A stretch of DNA of 64,000 nucleotides from a virus: IMG/VR virus record IMGVR_UViG_3300037111_000040, positions 1 to 64,000 of that record. One strand, 5' to 3'. The stretch's first letter is position 1. Each line of letters begins with the position of its first letter. A program made the translations under genes and the position numbers. This document shows positions 9,127-18,328 of the stretch, piece by piece. The notes below the pieces were generated by a model. The model saw nothing but the letters and a program-made list of their open reading frames with translations, had not been told where the DNA came from and searched no databases.

Positions 9127-9516
9127 TCAGGGCAGCGAAGTATGGCCCGCCTTCCATGCGGCCTCTAACGCGGCCTTGACGCTCCACACGGACACTTCGC
9201 GGAAGTCGAGTGAGTCTCGCCCGCGCGTGTCGAGCGTTTCGAATCCCAAGTGTTCGCGGGCAAGGCTTTGTATTAGTGACTCTGGGGGTGTTGCCCGCGT
9301 CGTTCCGTCGCAGCCAAACTCCGCCGCGAAGCGTTCGATGTCGAGCATAATCTGCTCTTTCGTGGGATAGTCGCGGCCTATCTCATGCATCTTGTCTTTG
9401 TCGAAGTCCGGCGCGTCTGTGATGTCGACAAAGCGCCAGCGTCCGGGCTCACTCATCGTAAACCCGAGTTCCTTAAATCGCGTCCTGTGCAATGTTCCGT
9501 GAATCATTTTCGTCAC
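9127..9516 (-). CDS. DUF6900-like domain protein
   Basis: C-terminal HLGFETLDTRGRDSLDFREVSVWSVKAALEAAW. Confidence 0.6.
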   Translation of the reverse strand: MTKMIHGTLHRTRFKELGFTMSEPGRWRFVDITDAPDFDKDKMHEIGRDYPTKEQIMLDIERFAAEFGCDGTTRATPPESLIQSLAREHLGFETLDTRGRDSLDFREVSVWSVKAALEAAWKAGHTSLP

Positions 9517-9923
9517 CTCTCCTCTGGTCTGGTATCAGGTACGGCGCACCGTGCCTGTGTTTGGTTAGCTCACCATCTGGAAACAGATTCGGGCGAGCGT
9601 CGTAATGGGAAAGCTGGTAGCCGGTCAGCCCTGAAAGCTGTTCGCCGGTCAGCTTTAACATTTCCTGCAATTTTGCGATTAACTCATTCTTGGTCATCTC
9701 GTTTCCTTTCATTTGCAATCGCTCGCTCCCTCCTCCGCCTTCATACCGTCCCACGCAAGCGTCGCAATCGCCCAGCACACCGTCAGCACCAACCCGATAG
9801 CGCTCATACCGGGGAACCTTGTCAAGAATCGCATCATGTTGCCTCCATTGCTACGTCACGGTTACGTTCCGGGAACGGTTAGGTGTTTTCGTTCCGTATC
9901 ATTTCGGCGCGTATCATCGCGCA

Positions 9924-10346
9924 ATGATGGATAGAAAATACGCTACAATCTATCCCATGAGTTCTAAAACAGCGGCAAAGGCAAGGCGTGACAAGTTCAA
10001 AGTAGACGGTCTCTGCCATCGTTGCGGAAAGCCTAGAGACACAACGGGCTCCTACTGCGCTAAGTGCAAGGCGCGGGATAAGAGACCACACGGCAAGCGT
10101 AAAAGACACACGGTCCAATACGCTCCCTGCGTCATTTGCGGGTTCGCGTATTGCGACGCACACCACATAGACGGAAACAAGAAAAACAATTCCCCAGAAA
10201 ACCTTACGAACATTTGCCCGAATCACCATCGTATGCTCCACTTGGGGTTACTGTCCCTTTTGATAAAGCACTTGCCGCCCGTCGAAAAACTATCGACGCG
10301 CGCGCATAAGAAAATGGTTAGAGCAGGGCGAATCTCTGGGGGATGA
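9924..10346 (+). CDS. free-standing HNH endonuclease (antisense to operon; start uncertain)
   Basis: CVICG...DAHHIDGNKKNNSPENLTNICPNHH; N-terminal CHRC/CAKC. Confidence 0.75.
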   Translation: MMDRKYATIYPMSSKTAAKARRDKFKVDGLCHRCGKPRDTTGSYCAKCKARDKRPHGKRKRHTVQYAPCVICGFAYCDAHHIDGNKKNNSPENLTNICPNHHRMLHLGLLSLLIKHLPPVEKLSTRAHKKMVRAGRISGG

Positions 10347-10379
10347 CGCGCGCCGCACATCCCCCGGACGCCCGCGCGG

Positions 10380-11540
10380 TTAACGGTCAATGTATACGGT
10401 CTCCCCAAACGGGGCCTGCATACCCTCAGTGGTAGACAACCATAGAACCGGGAGAGCGGGCGCGATACTGGGGAATGTGCCGTATAGGTCCGTAATGCAA
10501 AGTGCGCACACGGCGGAGCCCTCGCGCTCTATTGCTTCCAGTGCCGGTCTGAAGTCCGTACCACCGCCGCCCGCAGGTTGCCATGTGAGAGGTTCGCCCT
10601 GCTCAAAGCGGTCAACCTTACAGACTTTCGCGTCCGCATAATAGACGGTAACGGCAAGGGGCGCGCACTCGTCAATCACAGATTCGACTATCGCCCGCGC
10701 GTATGAAAGAGAGGTCTCGTCAACGCTCCCGGACGTGTCAACCATAACCGATATTTCTCCCAGTGACTTTGACTCAAGCGCTGGGAGATACAGACCTTGA
10801 CACAGATACCGGGGGTTTGGGCGAGTCCAAGAATAATCGCCGGTCGACCGCTCAGAGAAAAACCGGAGCAATAGGGACCGAACGTCGACGCGCGGTCTGA
10901 GCGCCTGCTGTACTAGCCGCTCCATGCCGCCCGGTAACATGCCTTGCAACTTTGCCTGCTGCGCCGCGCCCGCCGCGCGTTGCTTCCATTCTTGCTCAGT
11001 GGGCTCAGGGGTGCCGTCTGCGTCCGCGCCCGTGGGAGCATCCCTTACTTCGCCTAACGGGTCCGGGGTACCTTGCCCGTTGCCCTTGCCACTATCGCCC
11101 GCGCCGTCGCCCTGTCCCTTGCCTTGCCCGTCGCCGTCGCCCTCATCCGGGAGTCGCGCCGCAATCCATTCTGCAGACTTTCCAACCTCATCGCCTTGCG
11201 AATAATGCGCGTCCGGGGGAAGAGTGAACCCCGCCGCGCGGAGTTCCGTGTTAATCGCCTTATCGCAGGCGATATTCCAGCGCTTTGGGCTCCGCCCCTC
11301 GCGCCGCCATGGGTGACCTAGCGCGCAGTGCATAACTTCATGACCGATTAACGCGGTCCGTTGTTCGTGTGTGAGTGATTCAATCCAAGCTGGCTCATAT
11401 CCCAGCGTCCGCCCGTCGACCCAAGCTGTGCCGCAGCCGGGGTCCGGGCTCATTTTCAGGGAGAGCGCTAGAGCACCGAAAAACGGCTGCTCTAGCACTA
11501 AGGCGGTCCGCGCCGCCGTCATTTTCGTTTGAGCGCTCAT
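10380..11540 (-). CDS. DUF2201-type metallopeptidase plus vWA domain protein
   Basis: HEVMH, WNIACD; MIDAS DTSGS and GGGGTDF. Confidence 0.85.
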   Translation of the reverse strand: MSAQTKMTAARTALVLEQPFFGALALSLKMSPDPGCGTAWVDGRTLGYEPAWIESLTHEQRTALIGHEVMHCALGHPWRREGRSPKRWNIACDKAINTELRAAGFTLPPDAHYSQGDEVGKSAEWIAARLPDEGDGDGQGKGQGDGAGDSGKGNGQGTPDPLGEVRDAPTGADADGTPEPTEQEWKQRAAGAAQQAKLQGMLPGGMERLVQQALRPRVDVRSLLLRFFSERSTGDYSWTRPNPRYLCQGLYLPALESKSLGEISVMVDTSGSVDETSLSYARAIVESVIDECAPLAVTVYYADAKVCKVDRFEQGEPLTWQPAGGGGTDFRPALEAIEREGSAVCALCITDLYGTFPSIAPALPVLWLSTTEGMQAPFGETVYIDR

Positions 11541-12406
11541 CCTACTAGTACCCCCTTCCCATAAGTGGCGGTCATTGCGTCAAGGATGCCCTGCGCGCGG
11601 TCCGCCGTATCTTGCCGGACGTGGGGCAAGTCGCGCAAGGTCTGAGGCGCGGTAACGGCGAGCAATTCAGTTTGGCGGCGGAGTTCCTCAAGTTTGGGAT
11701 CATCCGCGAGGTTCAAATTGGAAAGTACGCCGCATAACTCGCGGGCATTTTCGATAAGTGAATCTCTGAAAATCGCATCCGGAACCCGCAGCCGTTCCTG
11801 TATCTTGGCGACGGCATCATACAAGCGCCGTACCGCATCCGCCTGCGCGCTCTCAAAGGCGGCTTTGACTCTCTCTTCAGTGCGCGCCGCGATAACGTTT
11901 ATCTCTTCCTGTGAGAGCGTTACGCGAAAATCGGAGCCCGCAGGGACCGGGGCATATTCCACGGTTATGGAATACTTCCCCGCAAGGTCTGAGGGATAGT
12001 CATCCTCCGAGTACATGCCATTCAAGCGCCGCGCCGCCTCAGCGCGAAGCGCTGGATAATCGGCAATGAATTCAGAGAGCAGGCGATTAAACGTGTGCTG
12101 CCCCGCGCGTATCGCATCGGTGTACGCTTGATAATTCTTGACCGGGAGCAAGCGCCAACCCTCATCGGACCATGGGAGAGTCTGAGCGTAATTCGTGAGC
12201 CGCAGCGCGCCGATGTGCTGTGTTAGCGCCTTATATGTTGCCGCGTCCGCAGGCATGAGGTGCTTGTTATAGCGCCCCGCGTCCGCCGTCGCGCCGTGGG
12301 CGTCGTTTGTTTCCTTTGTGATTTTCTTATCGTACTTGCGCGCGCTCCATGCTTCCAATTTAAGGTGTACTAGCATGGCCCGTGTGTGTAATTCTTGAGA
12401 GTTCAT
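11537..12406 (-). CDS. DUF3150-like protein of phage AAA/vWA clusters
   Basis: WSARKYDK...GRYNKHL, TLPWSDEGWRLLP; sits between AAA and vWA genes. Confidence 0.6.
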   Translation of the reverse strand: MNSQELHTRAMLVHLKLEAWSARKYDKKITKETNDAHGATADAGRYNKHLMPADAATYKALTQHIGALRLTNYAQTLPWSDEGWRLLPVKNYQAYTDAIRAGQHTFNRLLSEFIADYPALRAEAARRLNGMYSEDDYPSDLAGKYSITVEYAPVPAGSDFRVTLSQEEINVIAARTEERVKAAFESAQADAVRRLYDAVAKIQERLRVPDAIFRDSLIENARELCGVLSNLNLADDPKLEELRRQTELLAVTAPQTLRDLPHVRQDTADRAQGILDAMTATYGKGVLVG

Positions 12407-12467
12407 TTTATCGATTCCCCCTTCAGAGAATTCCGGTATACGGTCCGGGAACGGTGCGAGGTCTGTG

Positions 12468-13514
12468 TTATTCCTTGCCGCTCAGAAGTTGCCCCAGCGG
12501 TCCGCAGGTTAGGCGGACAAAGGCGTCCGTGTGCTGGATGCGCCCGTCGCCCGCGTTATCGCGCCTGCATACGTCTTTGATCATGAGCGCGGCGAATTCG
12601 CCTTTGTCTGCCTCAGAGTAAAGGCGGTTTGCATACGTCGCGATGCGCGCGAAGTTCTGATCATTGGCCCGCGCCGCGAGTCCCACGGCGGTTGCGTATA
12701 GCTGGGAAGGGTCCGCAGGGATTTTCGCCGTGTCCGGACTCTGGAGTATGCCGTCAAGGTTGATAAGCGAATTTGCCATGGTACGAAATGAGAGGTATTC
12801 CGTCGCGCCGCCCGCGCCCACTGCGCCGGTAAAAGCCTCAGATTCTATCGCCGGGGGAAGGGTCAACGATTCAAGCTTTGCAAGGTTCGCCCACGTCCGG
12901 GGGACCGGGGAGTTACTGAGGTCCGCCGTCGCCTGAAAGTTGCAAAGCATATCCGGTTTGAACCTCAGATATGCAATCAAGGTCGACGATATGCCGTGAG
13001 CGTATGCCCATGAGCACCAGTCATCGATAGTGGGCTCCAGTTCCACGATTGAAGTGAACCGCGATTTTACGGGTTCCAATATGCCGGATACGCCCGCGCG
13101 GTCGACGCGCCGGTTTGTGGCTGCGACAAAGGTCACACAGTCCGGGAGGATGTGACCGTTGACGCGGCGCGCAAGAATCAACTGCATAAAGGATGCTTGC
13201 ACGGCGGGGGTTGCTTGCCCTAAGTCGTCAAGGAACCAAACCGTTGGACGCGTAGCCTTGACCGCCGCCGCGAGTTCCCCGAACGGCAGGAATGTGGCCT
13301 CAGTTGCGCCCTGTGACGGCCATGGGAGCCCCTTTGCGTCCGTGGGGTCCGCCGTGACCGGATGAGAGATAATGAGGTCCGCGCCCGCCGCCGCCGCCGC
13401 CGCTGTGAGGATATCCGTCTTCCCGATACCGGGCGCGCCGGTCACTAACAATGGTTGCCGCTTCGCGATCATGGCCGCGAGTAAGGTTAGAAGTTGTTTC
13501 GGTGTAACGCTCAT
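12468..13514 (-). CDS. MoxR-like AAA+ ATPase
   Basis: Walker A GAPGIGKT, Walker B WFLDD, sensor VAATNR, PRTW. Confidence 0.85.
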   Translation of the reverse strand: MSVTPKQLLTLLAAMIAKRQPLLVTGAPGIGKTDILTAAAAAAGADLIISHPVTADPTDAKGLPWPSQGATEATFLPFGELAAAVKATRPTVWFLDDLGQATPAVQASFMQLILARRVNGHILPDCVTFVAATNRRVDRAGVSGILEPVKSRFTSIVELEPTIDDWCSWAYAHGISSTLIAYLRFKPDMLCNFQATADLSNSPVPRTWANLAKLESLTLPPAIESEAFTGAVGAGGATEYLSFRTMANSLINLDGILQSPDTAKIPADPSQLYATAVGLAARANDQNFARIATYANRLYSEADKGEFAALMIKDVCRRDNAGDGRIQHTDAFVRLTCGPLGQLLSGKE

Positions 13515-13561
13515 TCGAATAGTTCCCCTTTGTTTAGATTGAACACACATACAACCCTCTC

Positions 13562-13590
13562 ACTGTAATCTAATTAACAGTCAATTGCAA
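13562..13590 (-). promoter_or_regulatory. sigma70-like promoter of AAA/vWA operon
   Basis: TTGCAA-17-TACAGT on minus strand in AT-rich gap. Confidence 0.5.
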
Positions 13591-13696
13591 GATATACGTG
13601 GAACTATTTTAGACGTTAGTATCGTAATGGGAACGGATTGCGCGCATCTATACATATAGCGCGCACACGTGGAACGGCGCAAAGTATGGCGGAGAG

Positions 13697-14188
13697 GTGG
13701 AAGAATACCCCCATACCAGACCGTGCCGGGGGTTCCCCCGGACGCCGGGGAAGCTGTATCGTGGACTCATGGGGACTCTACTTTGTGAATACTGCGGGAC
13801 CGGATTCGAACCTTGGAACGAATGGGAGCCCGCGCCATATTGCCCGCCGTGTGACGCAAGGGACAGACGGCTGCAAAGGTCGTATGGTCTGAGCATCGGT
13901 CAATATGAGGACATGAGCGAGCGTCAAGAGCATAAGTGCGCCGTGTGCGGGTTTGCTCGCGCCGCCTGTCCTAACGGGTTGCTATTCGTCGACCATGACC
14001 ATGAGACCGGCATGGTTCGCGGGTTGCTCTGTCCGCCGTGCAATACCGCCCTTGGACTAATCAGGGATGACACGCGCACCTTGCAGCGGCTAATTGACTA
14101 CCTTGAGAGGTCACAGGATGAGGTGCGCGCTATCCTTCAGGCTTCGCCGGTCATTCGCCAAAAGTCAAAAGGTCAATTTTGCGTATAA
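13697..14188 (+). CDS. endonuclease VII-domain protein
   Basis: YGLS...CAVC...VDHDHETGMVRGLLCPPCNTALG. Confidence 0.8.
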   Translation: MEEYPHTRPCRGFPRTPGKLYRGLMGTLLCEYCGTGFEPWNEWEPAPYCPPCDARDRRLQRSYGLSIGQYEDMSERQEHKCAVCGFARAACPNGLLFVDHDHETGMVRGLLCPPCNTALGLIRDDTRTLQRLIDYLERSQDEVRAILQASPVIRQKSKGQFCV

Positions 14189-14189
14189 C

Positions 14190-15180
14190 TCACAGTTAGG
14201 TGCTAGGTGATACTCTCCCCCCATATTCCGATATCGATGCCTCTAAGGTGCCTTAGAATCGCAGCAATGGCCTGTGGAAAACTCTGTTAAAAACGGCCAA
14301 ATTTGCCACTTAAAGCCTTTAGAATCTATGAGTCAACACATTCTTCAATAGGCATAGGGGTTTGCGATAATCGCCTTTATTCATGCGGGTTTGCGGGTGT
14401 TAACGCATTAGTCAATAGGTTTTGAGGTTCCCGCCGCGCGCCGCTCTCGCCCTTAGTGCCGGACCCATGGGGGAGAGGATTAGACACCCTCTCACAGATA
14501 CAGGCACGGACGCGGGGGGGGTCCCCCGCGCGGGCTCCGCCCTCTCCACCTTGCCACCGCTCGCCGGTCACCCGCTCCCCATCCCCCGTCATCCCGCCCG
14601 CCTTGCCCCCTTGCGCCGCGCCCCGTTAGCCCGCCGTCGACCGCCGCCCCTTGCCTTGCTTCCCCTTCCCCACCCCCCGCCCCTGTCATTCCGTCGCACT
14701 TCCCCAACCCCCACCACCCGCACCCTTCGACGGCTCCGCGCGCCCCGTTCGCACTTCGCTAGCGCTATCAGAGAAAACGGGCGCAGGATGCGCGCCGCGC
14801 TGGGGGTTCCACGTGGAACGTGTGACGGGAATGAGAGAGCGCCGCCGCCCGGAATAGTCCGGTTTACAGCGGTTTGGGGCCATTTGACGCCGTTCCTACA
14901 GGATGGGAGCGCCCCCAGCGCGTTGCCCCAGTCTATTGTCCCATCCGCTTTGTTAGGCCACTGGTAGAGGGTGCGGCAGTTGTCCGGGGTGGGGGGTCTC
15001 GGCGGAGTCAGCGACGGCTTTTGGCCGTGTTTCTTGAAAATGGGGGGAGGGGAAGGCGCAGAATAAAGGATGCGGGAATGCGGGAGAAAGCGGGAAGCGG
15101 TAGGTCGCCAAAAAAAAATTACGGAGCGCGGGGCTGAGAAAAAAAATAAGGGCGCAGGATTATGCACAGGGGAGAAGCGC
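14190..15180. other. non-coding strand-skewed control region
   Basis: C-rich tract ~14520-14760, then G/A-rich tract ~14960-15180; only low-complexity ORFs. Confidence 0.55.
14806..14819. promoter_or_regulatory. parS-type palindrome
   Basis: Perfect palindrome GTTCCACGTGGAAC, the core of the canonical bacterial parS. Confidence 0.65.
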
Positions 15181-15189
15181 AGAATTATG

Positions 15190-15218
15190 TTGACAAACAT
15201 CTGTACGCATTGTACGTT
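15190..15218 (+). promoter_or_regulatory. sigma70-like promoter of rightward block, probably leaderless
   Basis: TTGACA-17-TACGTT; ATG 15226 at the expected TSS; GCGCAG(G/A)ATTATG direct repeats at 15152 and 15177. Confidence 0.6.
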
Positions 15219-15225
15219 GCTTTTT

Positions 15226-16743
15226 ATGCAGGCGACTTGGGTTGAGATGTTGCGGGCACAACACGCAGTCAAACGGGCTTTGCGGTTCGGAAAACTGACA
15301 AAGAAGCCTTGTGGGATTTGCGGGAGCAAAGAGTCAGAGGCTCACCATCCAGATTACAGCAAGGCGCTAGAAGTGGAGTGGTTGTGCAGAAAACACCATA
15401 GGCTCGAACATTTACGTCTCGGAGAGCCGCTTGTGGAGTCATGGACCGTTCTGAACATTAGACAGGTTCCGGTTGAAGTGGTTAAAGAGTCAAAGATGGT
15501 GGCGGTATCGCTTGGTATAACATTGAGGGATTTAGTCATAATGGCGGTACAAGAATTTTGCAAAATCCACGCTTCTCCAGAAGATAGGGCGCAGTTCAGA
15601 AAGATACCGGTGACGCGGTATAACCGAGTTCGCGCGCCGGGGGAAGTGGAGAGTGGTGGAAAGGTCGAAAATGGCGGAAATACAGGGGTTGGAGCGGGAG
15701 TTGGCGGCGGCGCAGGCCGAGATTCAGCGCGTCGAGTGGAATCGGGCGATCCGGGCGGCGGCAAAAGTGGCTCAGGAGTCATGGACGAGGGCCGACCTGT
15801 CCCCAAGCCAAACTGCGCGCATAGCGGGGAAGATTCTCAAGCTGGTGCGGTGAGCGCCGCCGAGTATAACGACGCAATAGGACAAATGGCCGCGACTGTA
15901 GACAGCGCGTTGCAGAAGAATCCCGATCTGCTGGAACCGATCAACTTGACCGCCGTATGCATCCACTCCAAGCCGATCACCGAAGAGTGCCCCGAGTGTA
16001 TCGAGCGGTGGGGAAACAAGGCGGCGTTCCTTGGCCAGTTATGCGCCGAGTGCGGCAGGAAACGGGCCTACCACCTATTCTTCGACGATTGCTGGTGGTG
16101 CAACGCGGAGAAAACCCAGAAGTTCGACGTTGATGTTATGGCAACTTTGAAAGCAGGTGGAGAGAAGGCTTTTCAGGACACTCTTGCCGACATCAAGAAG
16201 GCCCAAACTTCCGGCCTCTCCGGCACACCGGTCAACATGGAGCCGTTTCGGCCTAGCCCACAGGTTCACAACTGCGGCGACGAGCTTGCCAAAAACTGGA
16301 TCGGCGGGAACCGGGACATTGATCCGAATAATCCAGAAGACGTGAAAGCGTGGCAGGAGCGCGACCGGCAGGCGGCGGAGATGCTGGAGCCTGCGCCACA
16401 GATAGAAGTCGACCCGGCTGTGTTTGAGTTCCTTGATCTCGTAAAAAAGAACGAAGAGCGCGTCATGGGCATTGACCCTGCCGTTTTCGCGGAAAAGATC
16501 GACCCGCACGGCAAGTCGGTAGCTGCCCATTCCCACGTGCTCTCCTCGACCAATCCGAGCCCGCGCGTCGTCGACACGGCCACGGAAGCGGCGGAGGCCG
16601 CGCTCAGGATGAAGAAGCTACCCCCGACCGCGAAGATCGCCAAGGCCAAGAAGCGCGTGTGCAAGTTCTGCGAGGGGAAGCTGGAGCGCTGGAGCGCGAC
16701 GACTCTCCGATGCAGCGCGTGCGGGAGGAATGAGGCCCTATGA
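15226..16743 (+). CDS. composite protein: HNH-like Zn domain, RHH-like domain, Zn-ribbon region (possibly fused genes)
   Basis: PCGICG...EAHHPDYSKALEVEWLCRKHH; LNIRQVPVEVVKESKMVAVSLGITLRDLV; several CxxC; possible internal GTG start at 15850. Confidence 0.55.
   Translation: MQATWVEMLRAQHAVKRALRFGKLTKKPCGICGSKESEAHHPDYSKALEVEWLCRKHHRLEHLRLGEPLVESWTVLNIRQVPVEVVKESKMVAVSLGITLRDLVIMAVQEFCKIHASPEDRAQFRKIPVTRYNRVRAPGEVESGGKVENGGNTGVGAGVGGGAGRDSARRVESGDPGGGKSGSGVMDEGRPVPKPNCAHSGEDSQAGAVSAAEYNDAIGQMAATVDSALQKNPDLLEPINLTAVCIHSKPITEECPECIERWGNKAAFLGQLCAECGRKRAYHLFFDDCWWCNAEKTQKFDVDVMATLKAGGEKAFQDTLADIKKAQTSGLSGTPVNMEPFRPSPQVHNCGDELAKNWIGGNRDIDPNNPEDVKAWQERDRQAAEMLEPAPQIEVDPAVFEFLDLVKKNEERVMGIDPAVFAEKIDPHGKSVAAHSHVLSSTNPSPRVVDTATEAAEAALRMKKLPPTAKIAKAKKRVCKFCEGKLERWSATTLRCSACGRNEAL
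15671..15853 (+). CDS. nested out-of-frame small helical protein
   Basis: MAEIQGLERELAAAQAEIQRVEWNRAIRAAAK is protein-like while the host frame here is a Gly-rich shadow; its TGA overlaps a GTG. Confidence 0.5.
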   Translation: MAEIQGLERELAAAQAEIQRVEWNRAIRAAAKVAQESWTRADLSPSQTARIAGKILKLVR

Positions 16744-17471
16744 ACGAAAAGACCTTAATGACCTACTGGTTCCCACTGCTCGAAGCCGCTGGCATCCCTG
16801 TGCCCCAAACCATGAGCGTAGTCATGCCGCCCGAGTTGTGCAAGAACGTTCGCATGGTGCTCTATGGCGAGGAACCGGAACGCGACCCACGAGAGTTCAG
16901 CTTCTTCACTGAACTTCGGTTGGCAGTCGAGAAGATCGGGACGCCCTGCTTCCTGCGCACGGCAATGACTTCGGCGAAACACTCATGGGACGACACCTGC
17001 TTCCTGTCTGACGTTGGCGATCTGGTTAAGCATGTTTACGCGATTGCCGAGTTCTCTGAGATAGCCGACTTTTGCGGCTTGCCAATCGACACTTGGTTCG
17101 TGAGAGAACTCCTGCCGTCAATCAAGTTTGGGTTTTGTCCTCACTATGACAATATGCCGGTCGCCCGCGAGTTTCGTTTCTTCGTCGACGATGGCAAAGT
17201 TCGGTGCTTCCACCCTTACTGGCCTCTGGAACCGCTCAGAGACGGCAAATGGCAGGTCGACGCACCAGAAGATGTGGCGTATTCGGAACTTTGCACCATC
17301 GGTGACTACGGAGCCGTGTGCGCGTTAGCAGAGAAGGCCGGTGCGGCGGTCGGCGGCTCATGGTCCGTCGATCTTCTCGAAACTGAGAATGGCTGGTACG
17401 TCACCGATATGGCCGAGGCCCACAAAAGCTTTCACTGGGAAGGCTGCAAGTTTGAAAAGGAGTCCGCATGA
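16740..17471 (+). CDS. ATP-grasp domain protein (R2K/Cdc123-like)
   Basis: PCFLRT...SAKH, FVRELL, EFRFFV, WSVDLL, WYVTDM. Confidence 0.65.
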   Translation: MNEKTLMTYWFPLLEAAGIPVPQTMSVVMPPELCKNVRMVLYGEEPERDPREFSFFTELRLAVEKIGTPCFLRTAMTSAKHSWDDTCFLSDVGDLVKHVYAIAEFSEIADFCGLPIDTWFVRELLPSIKFGFCPHYDNMPVAREFRFFVDDGKVRCFHPYWPLEPLRDGKWQVDAPEDVAYSELCTIGDYGAVCALAEKAGAAVGGSWSVDLLETENGWYVTDMAEAHKSFHWEGCKFEKESA

Positions 17472-17863
17472 GCGAAGAATCCAAGAGCCGCATTAGGACA
17501 TTGATTCTTCCATGTCTTGTCCTCCTCACGTTTTGTCTGATAGGACTTTCGACTTGGATGCTCGTGATGGAGTGGGAGCGGTGTGTCCGCGTGCAATACA
17601 ATTCACCGCGCGATGAAAAGTTCTACTACTGGCGCTGGGCGCACCGCTCGGTCGATCACGGGATATGCGCGGCAATGTACACGAGCGCCGGTTCTGGCGA
17701 CCAGCCAGCCGATCAGGAAGGCAGCGTGTGGGAAGTGGATAAGCCCGATCCTTCCGGTAAACCGACCGCGATCTATTTGTTCAACACGCGGAAAGATGCT
17801 GAGAACTACGCTGAGTCCCTGTGCTGGTCGCGGGATAAGAATTGGACGGTGGTGACGCAATGA
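17468..17863 (+). CDS. membrane-anchored hypothetical protein
   Basis: N-terminal hydrophobic helix; ATGA coupling. Confidence 0.5.
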   Translation: MSEESKSRIRTLILPCLVLLTFCLIGLSTWMLVMEWERCVRVQYNSPRDEKFYYWRWAHRSVDHGICAAMYTSAGSGDQPADQEGSVWEVDKPDPSGKPTAIYLFNTRKDAENYAESLCWSRDKNWTVVTQ

Positions 17864-18315
17864 ACGTGATTGACTACATCAGTGAAGAAGTGACGCGCCA
17901 AGGCCACAATGTGACTGTTAAGGATGGACTGGAGCGTGTTGGATGGATGCTGGATGCATGGTGTTCCGTCCTACCCCGCGCAGACGTTGTCTTCATTGAC
18001 TTGACAACCATCGAGGAGCTTGGCAAGCGTGTTGAGCGAGTGAAGAATCGCGAGGGATGGCGTCGATGTGGAGTGCGCGTTGGTTCCAGAATATGCCCGC
18101 CATTTTACGAGGTTCCCGTGTTGCTGGAGAGGCTGCTGTCGGTGCGGGACGGAATGACTCCTATCGAGTTTTATAAAGAGTTCGAGATGATTCATCCGTT
18201 TGTCGACGGCAACGGCAGGACCGGAAAGATTCTTCTCAACTGGATGAACGGAACACTGCTCGATCCGATCTTTCCACCAGCCGATATTTTTGGTACGCCG
18301 ATAATGAATCCGTAA
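17860..18315 (+). CDS. Fic/Doc family protein
   Basis: IHPFVDGNGRTGK signature. Confidence 0.85.
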   Translation: MNVIDYISEEVTRQGHNVTVKDGLERVGWMLDAWCSVLPRADVVFIDLTTIEELGKRVERVKNREGWRRCGVRVGSRICPPFYEVPVLLERLLSVRDGMTPIEFYKEFEMIHPFVDGNGRTGKILLNWMNGTLLDPIFPPADIFGTPIMNP

Positions 18316-18328
18316 GAGGAGGCCCGAA

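Noticed and set aside
13795-13826. GGTTCGAATCC on the minus strand, resembling a tRNA T-loop
   Set aside because: T-stem does not pair and no cloverleaf forms; it lies in the EndoVII CDS (CGTGFEPW)
14377-15329. Pro/Arg/Gly-rich ORFs on both strands
   Set aside because: Products of C- and G-run low-complexity DNA; no RBS or recognisable motifs
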